A stretch of 64,000 bases of DNA from Candidatus Omnitrophota bacterium (GTDB lineage Bacteria; Omnitrophota; Omnitrophia; Omnitrophales; Aquincolibacteriaceae): positions 2,767 to 66,766 of the forward strand of contig PLLJ01000045.1 in the NCBI GenBank assembly GCA_003140935.1. The letters are read 5' to 3'. Shown here piece after piece: positions 28,008 through 36,592 of this stretch. Positions within the stretch are counted from its first letter, which is position 1. Each line of letters starts with the position of its first letter. The notes under the pieces were generated by a model. The model made no database searches, was not told the DNA's origin, and saw nothing but the letters and a program-made list of their open reading frames with translations. The position numbers were made by a program, and so were the translations under genes.

Positions 28008-28246
28008 AACTTTTCTATCTGCGTGTTCCAAGCCCCTGAAACTATACGGGTCCCGCACTGAACAACCCATAAGACCTATTGGAAGTTTAGTGCGCCATGA
28101 TTCTCTTTTTTTAAAAAATAAACGGGTAATCATGACAGTCCAAGTCGCCATTCAAGAAAAAAATGAAGACTTGGGCGGCACTCGCTTTCGATAAAATATT
28201 TTAATGAGAGCCAGTGCCGAGTTACGAGTCCCGAGTCCCCGGAATT

Positions 28247-29383
28247 CTAAAACGTAAGATACGGCCCGGACTTTTTAAGGACCTTCGTCAGTCTGCCAAG
28301 ATCGCCGAGGGACCGGATCCGGGCACCTTCGCTGCGGAAAGCCATGACGCGATCGACCATCACCTGTCCCAAACCCGGGACGCGGAGCATGCGCTGCGGA
28401 TCATCATGATTCAGGTTCACCGGGAAAAACTCCGGATGCGCATGGGCCCACATTTCTTTCGGGTCGATCGTAAGAGAAAGGTTGCCGCCGGGGTCCAGAG
28501 GGATCTCATCCGCTTGAAATCCGTATTTCCGGATAAGCCAATCGGCCTGGTAAAGCCGGTGTTCGCGGACCAGAAGATCCCGGTTGGCGGCCCCCGAGCT
28601 CTCTCCCGGAAGTTCCGGCGCGCCCGCTCCTCTTTGATAAGCGCTGAAGTAGACGCGGGAAAGCCTCAATTGCTTATACAATTTCCAGGAATACCCCAGG
28701 ATCTCCTTGTCCGTTTCCGTAGAGGCCCCCACCACGAACTGGGTGGTCTGCTTGATCCCGGCATACTCCGCTCCTTTCCCGGTCAGTTTGCTGATCAACT
28801 GAATGGGCCGGATAATGTCCCGCAGATAGTTCTTGGTCGTGCTGAGATGTCTGAAATTCGCCTCACCCGCGGTTTCGATATTTAAAGACACGGCCGTCGC
28901 CAATGAAAGACTCTGGCGGATCGCGGTGTCAGACGCTCCGGGAATGACCTTCAGGTGAATGTAACCCCGGAACTGCGACTTGCGCAAATGGAGGGCCACA
29001 CGATTGATACGCTCCATTGTGGTATCCGGGTCCTTTGCGACCGCACTGCTCAAGAAAAGGCCGCTCACCTTCCGCGCGTGATAGTAGGAAAGAAAAGTCC
29101 GGGTCAATTCCTCGGGGCTTAAACTGCATCGCCGGGCGGCCGAACCCGTCCGGAGCGGACAGTATTTACAATTGTTCACGCATTCGTTGGAAAGAAGCGT
29201 CTTGAAGAGGAAGGTCCGCCCGCCATTCGGGAGAATGACCGGATAGATCCATTTGTTTTCCTGGGACCGGCGGCGGTGTTCCTCCGCTCCTGTCGCGCAG
29301 GCGCAAGCTAGGTCATATTGAGCGTCCCGCGCCAGAATGGCGAGCTTTTCTTCCGCATTGGGACTTCTTTGAATGCCGATCAT
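28247..29383 (-). CDS. Radical SAM protein of the putative DNA modification/repair family, with C-terminal helix-hairpin-helix
   Basis: ECVNNCKYC (CxxxCxxC); C-terminal LRVPGLGQVMVDRV HhH. Confidence 0.7.
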   Translation of the reverse strand: MIGIQRSPNAEEKLAILARDAQYDLACACATGAEEHRRRSQENKWIYPVILPNGGRTFLFKTLLSNECVNNCKYCPLRTGSAARRCSLSPEELTRTFLSYYHARKVSGLFLSSAVAKDPDTTMERINRVALHLRKSQFRGYIHLKVIPGASDTAIRQSLSLATAVSLNIETAGEANFRHLSTTKNYLRDIIRPIQLISKLTGKGAEYAGIKQTTQFVVGASTETDKEILGYSWKLYKQLRLSRVYFSAYQRGAGAPELPGESSGAANRDLLVREHRLYQADWLIRKYGFQADEIPLDPGGNLSLTIDPKEMWAHAHPEFFPVNLNHDDPQRMLRVPGLGQVMVDRVMAFRSEGARIRSLGDLGRLTKVLKKSGPYLTF

Positions 29384-29491
29384 AGGCCTTCCGTCGCTAT
29401 CCCCTTTTAATGTCCTACGAGTCCCTAGTCCCGTCTTTATTTATCCCGAGTCCCTGTATTATTGTGTCCCGTGTCCCAAGTGCAGCGTCAT

Positions 29492-30184
29492 TCACTGTGG
29501 GGGCGTGAATTGCGAAAGCTCATAGAGATTCAATTCTTTTTCCAATTCCGAAACTTCTTTAACCTTGCCTTCAAACCCGGCCTCACCGAAGAGCTCATGT
29601 TCCTTATCTTCAAATTGATCTCCCATGGCTTCATATTCTTTTTCAGAAATAAGCCCGCGTAAAGCAGGGAATAAAACCGTGTCTTCCCGCGCGGCGTGAG
29701 GACGGTACATTCTGATGAAGGCGCGCAAAAGACCGGCTAAAGCCTTGGGGTCCTCTTGGCCGCCGGGTCGTTGATCCTTCGAAAGCCGCAGAATGGACTG
29801 GGTAAGTTCACGGCCGGCCACGTGCTGCTGCCGCAAAGTCTTTGTCAGGTCCGTAAGCTTCCCCGCTTTCTCAAAGACCGGGAAGATGTGATCTTCTTCC
29901 AGTTTCTCATGATAGCCTTCGATGAATTCACGGATCATAGTGGCGGATCTGAACAGAACTTCGTACTGAGGGGTTTTATGGTTCTCTATATCTTTCAGCT
30001 CTTGATCATAGATCAAAAGGATCCTTCTCAGGACGCCGTGCTCACGCATAAGATCTTCAACGGGCGATATGGGAATGGCTGCTAATTTTGAGTCGCTCGA
30101 TTTTTCTTCCGCCGGCGTAATGCCTGGGAATGAAAAGACAACGAGTGCTAAAAAAAAGATCGTCACACAGATCGCTTTTTTCAT
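29492..30184 (-). CDS. Secreted hemerythrin-like (HHE cation-binding) domain protein
   Basis: ORF track 29492..30280 starts at a TTG. Likely start MKKAICVTIFFLALVVFSFPGITPA. H/E-rich helices EDHIF...HAARED. Confidence 0.6.
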   Translation of the reverse strand: MKKAICVTIFFLALVVFSFPGITPAEEKSSDSKLAAIPISPVEDLMREHGVLRRILLIYDQELKDIENHKTPQYEVLFRSATMIREFIEGYHEKLEEDHIFPVFEKAGKLTDLTKTLRQQHVAGRELTQSILRLSKDQRPGGQEDPKALAGLLRAFIRMYRPHAAREDTVLFPALRGLISEKEYEAMGDQFEDKEHELFGEAGFEGKVKEVSELEKELNLYELSQFTPPQ

Positions 30185-30702
30185 ACTGCGCCTCCATCTT
30201 TTGGAGCTAATTTTGCGTCTAGGGACCAAGCTCCGGCACCGGCGATGATCAAAAAAAGCAAGCCGAGCACCATCGAACAATCGGTGCGCGCCTCACTGGC
30301 CATAGCCCAGAAACCATAGCGTGGCGCTTGAGCGACATGAAACAACCAAAAATCATGACCCAGCAGAATAGGAATTTTGGTAGAAATGATCGCCACAGAG
30401 ATATTGATCAACAGAGGAATGGCAGCCAATCGCGTACATAGCCCCAAAAGAATAAGCGTGCCAAAAATAATTTCCACACCGCCGACAAAAGGGGCCATGA
30501 TTTCGGGATTTGGAATCCCGATCCTGATAAAACGGCCTACGCCAAGCAGATCAGAAAAGAGGAATTTTTGAATGCCTTCGGAAAGAAATATCCCGCCAAC
30601 CATAAGTCTTATAAAAATGGTCGCCTTAGGAGCTACGGTATGAAACAGGACGGTAGAGAGTAGGTTTAAAATCCTATGGATCATATTTTGTAGCGTATAC
30701 AT
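30181..30702 (-). CDS. DoxX-family membrane protein
   Basis: Four TM helices; ATGA overlap with the downstream gene. Confidence 0.6.
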   Translation of the reverse strand: MYTLQNMIHRILNLLSTVLFHTVAPKATIFIRLMVGGIFLSEGIQKFLFSDLLGVGRFIRIGIPNPEIMAPFVGGVEIIFGTLILLGLCTRLAAIPLLINISVAIISTKIPILLGHDFWLFHVAQAPRYGFWAMASEARTDCSMVLGLLFLIIAGAGAWSLDAKLAPKDGGAV

Positions 30703-31297
30703 TTTTTTTATCCGGTCAATCGGCTCATCTATCTTTTTTCTGACTTTTTTCCTCTCCTCAACCAGGACAATGCCATGATTGATTTAAAAATAAAAAAGGC
30801 GCTACCGCTGTTATGAAGTTATCGACAATAGTAACGCCTCTATTGATAAAAACTCCCCCGCCTGCGATTAAACCGAATGTCGCTTTTGAGGGTAAATGCG
30901 GCATCGCATCCAAGGAATGGCTATTTCTGACGCGGATCGGACAAGATTGTCAAAATCTTGCCGAAGCCGCCCTGGTTTTACATTATTCAAATCAATCGGA
31001 AAACTAGGGCTGCACTAATTTTCTTTTAAAAAAATTTATCGAAAATCAGTGCGTACCAAAGCATTGGGCTTTGATGCATTCAACCGGTCCCCGGGGTGCC
31101 AGCTTGTCCGCCTCTGGCGGAGTACTGTTCTATTCCGCTTCCGGTTGCCATATATCATATCCGCCAAATTTCACGGACGAATCCGTCCACGCTGTGTGGC
31201 GGATATGATATACGGTCTGTCACCGCCCCGCGTCTTTTGTCCTCGTGCCCCGAGCTACGAGTCCCGAGTCCCGTCTTCATTTGTCCCGATTCCCCGT

Positions 31298-31834
31298 TTA
31301 TATCTTTTTCGATTCCTGTTCCAGGCGCTTCATTTCTTCCAGGCTCGAGTTCTCTTCCCCGGCAATCTGTTGTCGGTTGTCCCCATCTTTATTCGAGTCC
31401 CGAGGAGCGAGTCCCGAGTCCCGCGGTGTTTCGTTCGAGTCCCGAGCTACGAGTCCCGAGTCCCGTGGTTTTTCGTCCGTCGTCTTGGCCTCAGGGGAAG
31501 AAAGTCCTTTTTTTGAGTCCTGTTCCAGGCGCTTCATTTCTTCCAGACTCGGGTTCTTTTCCCCGGTAGTCTGTGGTCGGTTGTCCCCATCTTTATTCGA
31601 GTCTCGAGCTACGAGTCCCGAGTCCCTGTCTTTATTCGAGTCCCGAGGAGCGAGTCCCGAGTCCCGCGGCGTTTCGTCAGCCGCAGCTTTATTCGCTCGC
31701 CGGGCCGCGATCGCCGTCCTCGCCGCCCGGATGCCAAAGATCGCGTGCGCCGGAGGCGCTCCGAGAAGAAACGTCCCCGTCACCAGTCCCGCCATCACGA
31801 TTTTAAAAGTTTTCGACATCTCCAACCTCCCCAT
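31298..31834 (-). CDS. Secreted tandem-repeat protein (RDSGLAPRDSNKDGDNR repeats), encoded by a ~230-bp x2 tandem DNA repeat built from the GAGTCCCGAGTCCC motif
   Basis: Signal peptide MSKTFKIVMAGLVTGTFLLGAPPAHA; two ~80-aa repeat units; the underlying DNA is a tandem duplication. Confidence 0.5.
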   Translation of the reverse strand: MGRLEMSKTFKIVMAGLVTGTFLLGAPPAHAIFGIRAARTAIAARRANKAAADETPRDSGLAPRDSNKDRDSGLVARDSNKDGDNRPQTTGEKNPSLEEMKRLEQDSKKGLSSPEAKTTDEKPRDSGLVARDSNETPRDSGLAPRDSNKDGDNRQQIAGEENSSLEEMKRLEQESKKI

Positions 31835-31929
31835 GCTGCGTTGTCCACTTAGGAATTTTATTCAACATGCCCTGAGATTAGAACGGCACTATTCTACGAA
31901 GGAACGGTGAAGAATAAAGTACCATTCCT

Positions 31930-32250
31930 CTATTGTTCTTCCCTCGACCCATTGATCTCATCGCCCCGCGAATATCGTGCGGTGTCTCCGGCCTTATAAT
32001 ATTTTGTGACGGAAATGACGAATTCTAAAAAGCCCCGCGCTTTGAGCTCATCCTTGATCTTCTCCAAAAGCTCCTGTCCCGGATCTTTCTGGCTCCATAT
32101 AAAAAAAGAGAGCGTATCTTTCCGGACGGTCAAATGGTCCACATTCTCATGGGCCCTTAAGATCTGTTCGAGAGGGTGCACATCCTCCAGACGCAGAAAA
32201 CGCGACGGGAATTTGATCTCAATGATCGTTAAAGTGTTTAAAAGTTTCAT
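31930..32250 (-). CDS. Small hypothetical protein (106 aa) tightly bracketed by 34-bp direct repeats
   Basis: MKLLNTLTIIEIKFPSRFLRLEDVHPL...; direct repeats at 31886..31919 and 32252..32286. Confidence 0.45.
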   Translation of the reverse strand: MKLLNTLTIIEIKFPSRFLRLEDVHPLEQILRAHENVDHLTVRKDTLSFFIWSQKDPGQELLEKIKDELKARGFLEFVISVTKYYKAGDTARYSRGDEINGSREEQ

Positions 32251-32358
32251 GCGTACTATTCTACGAAGGAACGGCGAAGAATAAAGCCTTTTGCGGATTA
32301 AAACAACAAACGGAGAAATCAAACAATGGAGTCATCCCTTCCCTCTTTTGGATGGCTG

Positions 32359-32970
32359 TCATCTTTTTTTCAGAGTAGCTTTGTCTTTATAGCTTGTACA
32401 TCGCACATAAAAATCAAATTGAATTAAAAAAAGAAGTATTGCGAACATAATTGTTAGAAATAAATTTTTCGTTAAACTTAATAATCCTATCGCTAATAAA
32501 GTCCCATTTAAAAAAGCCATTAAAAATACGAGGATCGGGAAATGATGCAAAAAACCTTCAAAATGTTTTGGCTCCTCATCGGTTATCGGCAACTTCAAGT
32601 ATTTTGTCAGATCGTCTTCCAGACTATTATCTGTGAAATACTTGCGAGTAAGGTTTGCGCTTTTTGCATAAAAAATCATCCGCATCCTAAGATTCATTAT
32701 GATCGCAAGGAAAATAACTCCTATAACAACTAAAAAAAGAACTATATAGACAAATGGCACTGGCAGATTATACAAGTCCCAAGTGATGGAGTTTATTTCT
32801 CTTGTTAATGCTAAGAATAAAGAAAGCGGAATCGCAATAACACCAAAATAATATTTAAATAATTGATAAAGAATTGTATATAAATGCTCGTAAAGCTCAT
32901 GCAAAAGCTTGTGCTCCTGCATCATAAATTCAAATTCTTGCTGAGCAGATAGTTGAGGATGTTTTTCCAT
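32359..32970 (-). CDS. 4-TM membrane protein, last gene of the AT-rich island cassette
   Basis: AT-rich codon usage; four hydrophobic helices; no recognisable family. Confidence 0.6.
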   Translation of the reverse strand: MEKHPQLSAQQEFEFMMQEHKLLHELYEHLYTILYQLFKYYFGVIAIPLSLFLALTREINSITWDLYNLPVPFVYIVLFLVVIGVIFLAIIMNLRMRMIFYAKSANLTRKYFTDNSLEDDLTKYLKLPITDEEPKHFEGFLHHFPILVFLMAFLNGTLLAIGLLSLTKNLFLTIMFAILLFLIQFDFYVRCTSYKDKATLKKR

Positions 32971-32990
32971 TGCTATCTTTAATGGGGTCG

Positions 32991-34070
32991 TTATTTCCTT
33001 CCCAATCTTTCTAATTCCCGGTTGTATGATTCAAAGCCATGTCTTATGACTATGTTTTGCTCTCGTACTTTTCTTCGAAAAAGTTTAACTTGCCAATCCA
33101 TCCAATTCTGATGAATAAAATAATCCGCAGAAGTCTGCGCGACTCTTGGGTTATAGTTATCGAACGTTTGATTTAAAGGCCGATAACGGCAATCAGCGGT
33201 TTGAACTCCCCATTTTTTACATTCTTTAATTTTTTGCAACATTTCATAAAAATCATGTTCGAAGTTAGATATCATGAACACGTACATCTCTTTTGCTCTG
33301 TATCCGGCTTCGATCAGCATCTCGATTTGTTTTTTTATCATTTGGCGCTGGGAATATCCATGATCCCAAGCGATCCTCGGGTTAAGAAAATGTGCCTGCT
33401 TCAACAATTTCGCCAATTCTGGCGTCAAAAGCCTCCCGTCAATTCCGCACTGACTTTCAGAATAGACCGCTCGCCCATTGCACTTCGCATTCTTCAATTC
33501 ATCCAAAATGTCTTTTATATATGGATTAGCTAAAAGATTATTATCGTAAAAAATTACCCTATTGCTACAAATCTCATCTTTGATACTTTTTTTGGGAATA
33601 AATTCGGGCTCGATTTTCCAAGTTCCGCAGAATTTACATTTTCGCACACATCCTCTTGAAGAATGAACGATCTGATAATCGACATCAACTAAACTGTAAT
33701 CTGGCGCAGATGCTTCCGCCTTTGGATCCACGCCAACAAAAACTTTATCGCATTCAGATTGTTTACAGTGGTCTGGCATGAGTGATGCATAAATGCCACC
33801 GACAGTTATATGGGCCCTGGGATAATTCTTTTTGTAGAATTTCACACTATCCCACACGTATTTGGACCAATAGGTAAATAGAGAGGTAATCTTAATTTCA
33901 TCCGGACAAAACTCTCCAACCAGCTTGTCCCCTCGCACAAGTCGGACTTTATCACCATTTGCTTTGTGGTAACTGGCTAGCTTGAGTAAGCCAACAGGCA
34001 AAAAATCTCGGTGATTTTTGCTTTTTGCTGGAATCGGAAAACCTGGTTCCACTAATAATATTTTAGACAT
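32991..34070 (-). CDS. Radical SAM enzyme with N-terminal B12-binding-like (Rossmann) domain
   Basis: KILLVEPGFP...PVGLLKLASYH...HITVGGIYASLMPD (B12-binding-like); SSRGCVRKCKFCGTW (CxxxCxxC). 8-nt overlap with the upstream HD gene. Confidence 0.75.
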   Translation of the reverse strand: MSKILLVEPGFPIPAKSKNHRDFLPVGLLKLASYHKANGDKVRLVRGDKLVGEFCPDEIKITSLFTYWSKYVWDSVKFYKKNYPRAHITVGGIYASLMPDHCKQSECDKVFVGVDPKAEASAPDYSLVDVDYQIVHSSRGCVRKCKFCGTWKIEPEFIPKKSIKDEICSNRVIFYDNNLLANPYIKDILDELKNAKCNGRAVYSESQCGIDGRLLTPELAKLLKQAHFLNPRIAWDHGYSQRQMIKKQIEMLIEAGYRAKEMYVFMISNFEHDFYEMLQKIKECKKWGVQTADCRYRPLNQTFDNYNPRVAQTSADYFIHQNWMDWQVKLFRRKVREQNIVIRHGFESYNRELERLGRK

Positions 34071-35583
34071 TTTTATTTAACAAGGTTTCTGGTAATTTCA
34101 ATTTAATGCCATTAAATTTTATATTATTCATAACATCTTTGTACTCGGGGAGTTTTCGAGCTAATTGCTCAGGATTAGCCCATCGGACTTTAACTTCAGC
34201 GTAATTATCTTCAAAACGGAAACCATCAAAAATGGCAAATTCCGCCGTTTCTTCGAAAGAACCGTTTCTTTTCCAATCATGTATGCTATCTAAAAAAATT
34301 AATAATACGGCGAAAGGGAAACGAGAAATATTAATCGGGAAGACTTCATGCTTTCTGAGTTCTTTCCAGATTCTGCTGTCATGTAGCGCAATAGAAGTAA
34401 CCGCTGGTATAACATGGGTAACAATTAACGGCCTATTGGGACGGCTGGTCACGACTTTTGATTCGCGTAAAACTCTCACAAGAAATTGAAAACATCCTGT
34501 TACTCCATGCGATCTATGTTTTATCAAATGTTCTCGTAGTATGTCCTTGATACTAGAATCCTCATCTTCTGACATTTCGGGCGTCCAATTATTAAGGATA
34601 CGTTCGGAACAACAATGTCGAATGAAGGATTGTAATTGTATCGCAGCCTGCAAATAATCACTTTTATCAGCGATCTTTTCCAAACCAATTAGTTCTATAT
34701 CCTCATTGTACCCGTACATTTCGCCAATTAAGTTGCCTGCTTTTTGCGAAGGGTAACCAATATCATGGAATATAGAAGTAATTAACCAGATGTATTCGAT
34801 GGAAAAATCTTTTTCCCGAGGAAAAACATTTTTATAATATTTTTGAAATTCCGCATAGTATTTATCGATTATTACGCATCCCATTAACATAACTTGAAAA
34901 GAATGCAAATAATGCTCACGCGTGCCCTTCAATAAGGGCTCATAATATTTCAGCCTCAAGTAAGGTTCCGAAGAATAATGAAATCTTTTATTATCAAAGA
35001 TTTTCTTTATCGTCAAATCAACTAATTCGTATTCCTCCTCTGAGATATTTTTTGTTTTTCTTAATCGTGAATATTTCGATACAAAATCCTTTAGGATTTG
35101 GCGGTATGAAATATTGTCCAAATCGCCAACGTACGATAAAAGCTTATTTGGAACATGTCCATGCTCAGAAGCCGCCTTCTTTTTTATTAGTTGTTTATAT
35201 TTTTTTCCACTAATTGCTTTGGCTTTAATATCAAGAAGTACGGAAAGCGAAGAATTGCTTAACTGAATTAGCCCAAATCCATTATTGAAACATTCAGAAA
35301 ATATCTGATCATATTCATATTCCGGCGGAATATAATAATAAAATTCAAAATTTTTAATTTGTTTTTTTGCTTTGATGATTTCTTTAGCGCCATTCGCTGG
35401 AAAAGCATTGCTTGTATTTATATCAATTGAAATTAATTTGGACTTATAGCGGTAAAGAAGATCTGGGCTCCACGCAATACCTCTTAAAATCCGATCTCCA
35501 GCCTTTTGGGAAAGTCTTCGCCAGTTGTATTTTTTCACTAAAATTTTATTGAGTTTATCTAGAAAAATTTCTTTTTTTGACAT
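34063..35583 (-). CDS. HD-domain phosphohydrolase (506 aa) with dNTP-triphosphohydrolase-like motifs and an uncharacterised ~220-aa N-terminal region
   Basis: TREHYLHSFQV (compare dGTPase RLTHSLEV), SIFHDIGYP (HD), later HRSHGV and LDSIHDW. Confidence 0.7.
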   Translation of the reverse strand: MSKKEIFLDKLNKILVKKYNWRRLSQKAGDRILRGIAWSPDLLYRYKSKLISIDINTSNAFPANGAKEIIKAKKQIKNFEFYYYIPPEYEYDQIFSECFNNGFGLIQLSNSSLSVLLDIKAKAISGKKYKQLIKKKAASEHGHVPNKLLSYVGDLDNISYRQILKDFVSKYSRLRKTKNISEEEYELVDLTIKKIFDNKRFHYSSEPYLRLKYYEPLLKGTREHYLHSFQVMLMGCVIIDKYYAEFQKYYKNVFPREKDFSIEYIWLITSIFHDIGYPSQKAGNLIGEMYGYNEDIELIGLEKIADKSDYLQAAIQLQSFIRHCCSERILNNWTPEMSEDEDSSIKDILREHLIKHRSHGVTGCFQFLVRVLRESKVVTSRPNRPLIVTHVIPAVTSIALHDSRIWKELRKHEVFPINISRFPFAVLLIFLDSIHDWKRNGSFEETAEFAIFDGFRFEDNYAEVKVRWANPEQLARKLPEYKDVMNNIKFNGIKLKLPETLLNKNV

Positions 35584-35593
35584 ATATTTGGAA

Positions 35594-36592
35594 TTATTTG
35601 TTATTTATCATTTGGTCAATGGTGTCTCGAAGTTTTTTTAAAGAAACCAAGATTCCTTCCTTTCTTTTTTTATCAGTTTCCTTCTTTAAATCAAACTCAG
35701 ATAGCTGTGAATTTAATTTATTAATATTTTTAATTAATGAACGGCTTGTTGTTTTGCTGGTCAAGGTGGGTATTTGTACTTTTTTAGTTAAGTCGTTTTT
35801 CAAGTCTTCGATTGTATACTCGATGTTTTCAATAAATCTTTTTGCTGAAGCAGCAAAAATTTCGATTTTGTCCAACTTCTTGCAAGTCATGATGGCATCG
35901 GGTATCCAAAAGAATGCGCGAGTTGTCCCAAGAAGACCTTTTTCTGCTTTCGCTATAAGCTTCCCTCTAATTTCTTCCCTCGAGTGATCCTTAAAAGTTT
36001 GGGGTATGTTTTTTTCTAACTGTTCAACAAAATTTTGTTCTATCTGCACAAGGTAACTGTCATCCAGCTTATTCTCCATAACTTTTTCTTGCGTTTCTTT
36101 ATTAAACCTCAAAAGCCGCAATCTATCTTCGACCTTTTTTCCGTCCATTTTGGTTATCTTTGCTATTTCGCCAATTAGGTCTTGATCGGTTATCGATTTG
36201 TTTTTTCTTTTTATCAAATCAACATAGAATTTTAGCGCTTGGGCTTGCGCCATCGGCTCCCATTGTTCTCTCAGCATGTGAATTTGAAACATTCGTTTTA
36301 AGCCTTCCCCTTGGGCTTTGGCTTTTTTAATGGCCAACACATGGATGGGCACGCCTTCTCGTTTAACTTTTTGAGCAGCTTTAAGCCGTCTTTCGCCATC
36401 GAGCAAAATATATTTTTTGCCTTTTTTGCTATCGTTTTTAAAAACGATCAAAGGCACCATGACTCCAAATTGCCGAATGGATTCCTCTAGTGCTATGAAA
36501 TCCTTATCCTCATAATCCTGGCCTCTGGGATTATCTGGATTGAAAGCTATATCATTAGGAGAAACATACCTGATCTGCTCGTTTTTATTCAT
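35594..36592 (-). CDS. ParB/Sulfiredoxin-like N-terminal domain protein with Lys-rich helical C-terminal half
   Basis: VSPNDIAFNPDNPR...LEESIRQFGVMVPLIV...YILLDGERRLKAAQ (ParB box motifs); GGAGG RBS 6 nt upstream. Confidence 0.75.
   Translation of the reverse strand: MNKNEQIRYVSPNDIAFNPDNPRGQDYEDKDFIALEESIRQFGVMVPLIVFKNDSKKGKKYILLDGERRLKAAQKVKREGVPIHVLAIKKAKAQGEGLKRMFQIHMLREQWEPMAQAQALKFYVDLIKRKNKSITDQDLIGEIAKITKMDGKKVEDRLRLLRFNKETQEKVMENKLDDSYLVQIEQNFVEQLEKNIPQTFKDHSREEIRGKLIAKAEKGLLGTTRAFFWIPDAIMTCKKLDKIEIFAASAKRFIENIEYTIEDLKNDLTKKVQIPTLTSKTTSRSLIKNINKLNSQLSEFDLKKETDKKRKEGILVSLKKLRDTIDQMINNK

Noticed and set aside
30170-30245. Apparent 1-nt frame discrepancy when translating the displayed sequence around 30180-30240 against the ORF-track proteins
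   Set aside because: Most likely my own position mis-count while reading by eye. The ORF-track frames (hemerythrin-like start ATGA-overlapping the DoxX stop) are self-consistent, so I did not call a frameshift or pseudogene.
31240-31700. Possible CRISPR array because of regularly recurring gagtcccgagtccc units
   Set aside because: The units are part of a ~230-bp tandem duplication with no unique spacers of constant length and no cas genes. The region is translated as a repeat protein.
31049-31910. Plus-strand ORFs 31049..31516, 31096..31569, 31245..31910 and 31573..31806
   Set aside because: These are overlapping frames through the GAGTCCCGAGTCCC tandem array. Only the minus-strand frame yields a signal peptide plus a coherent repeat protein.
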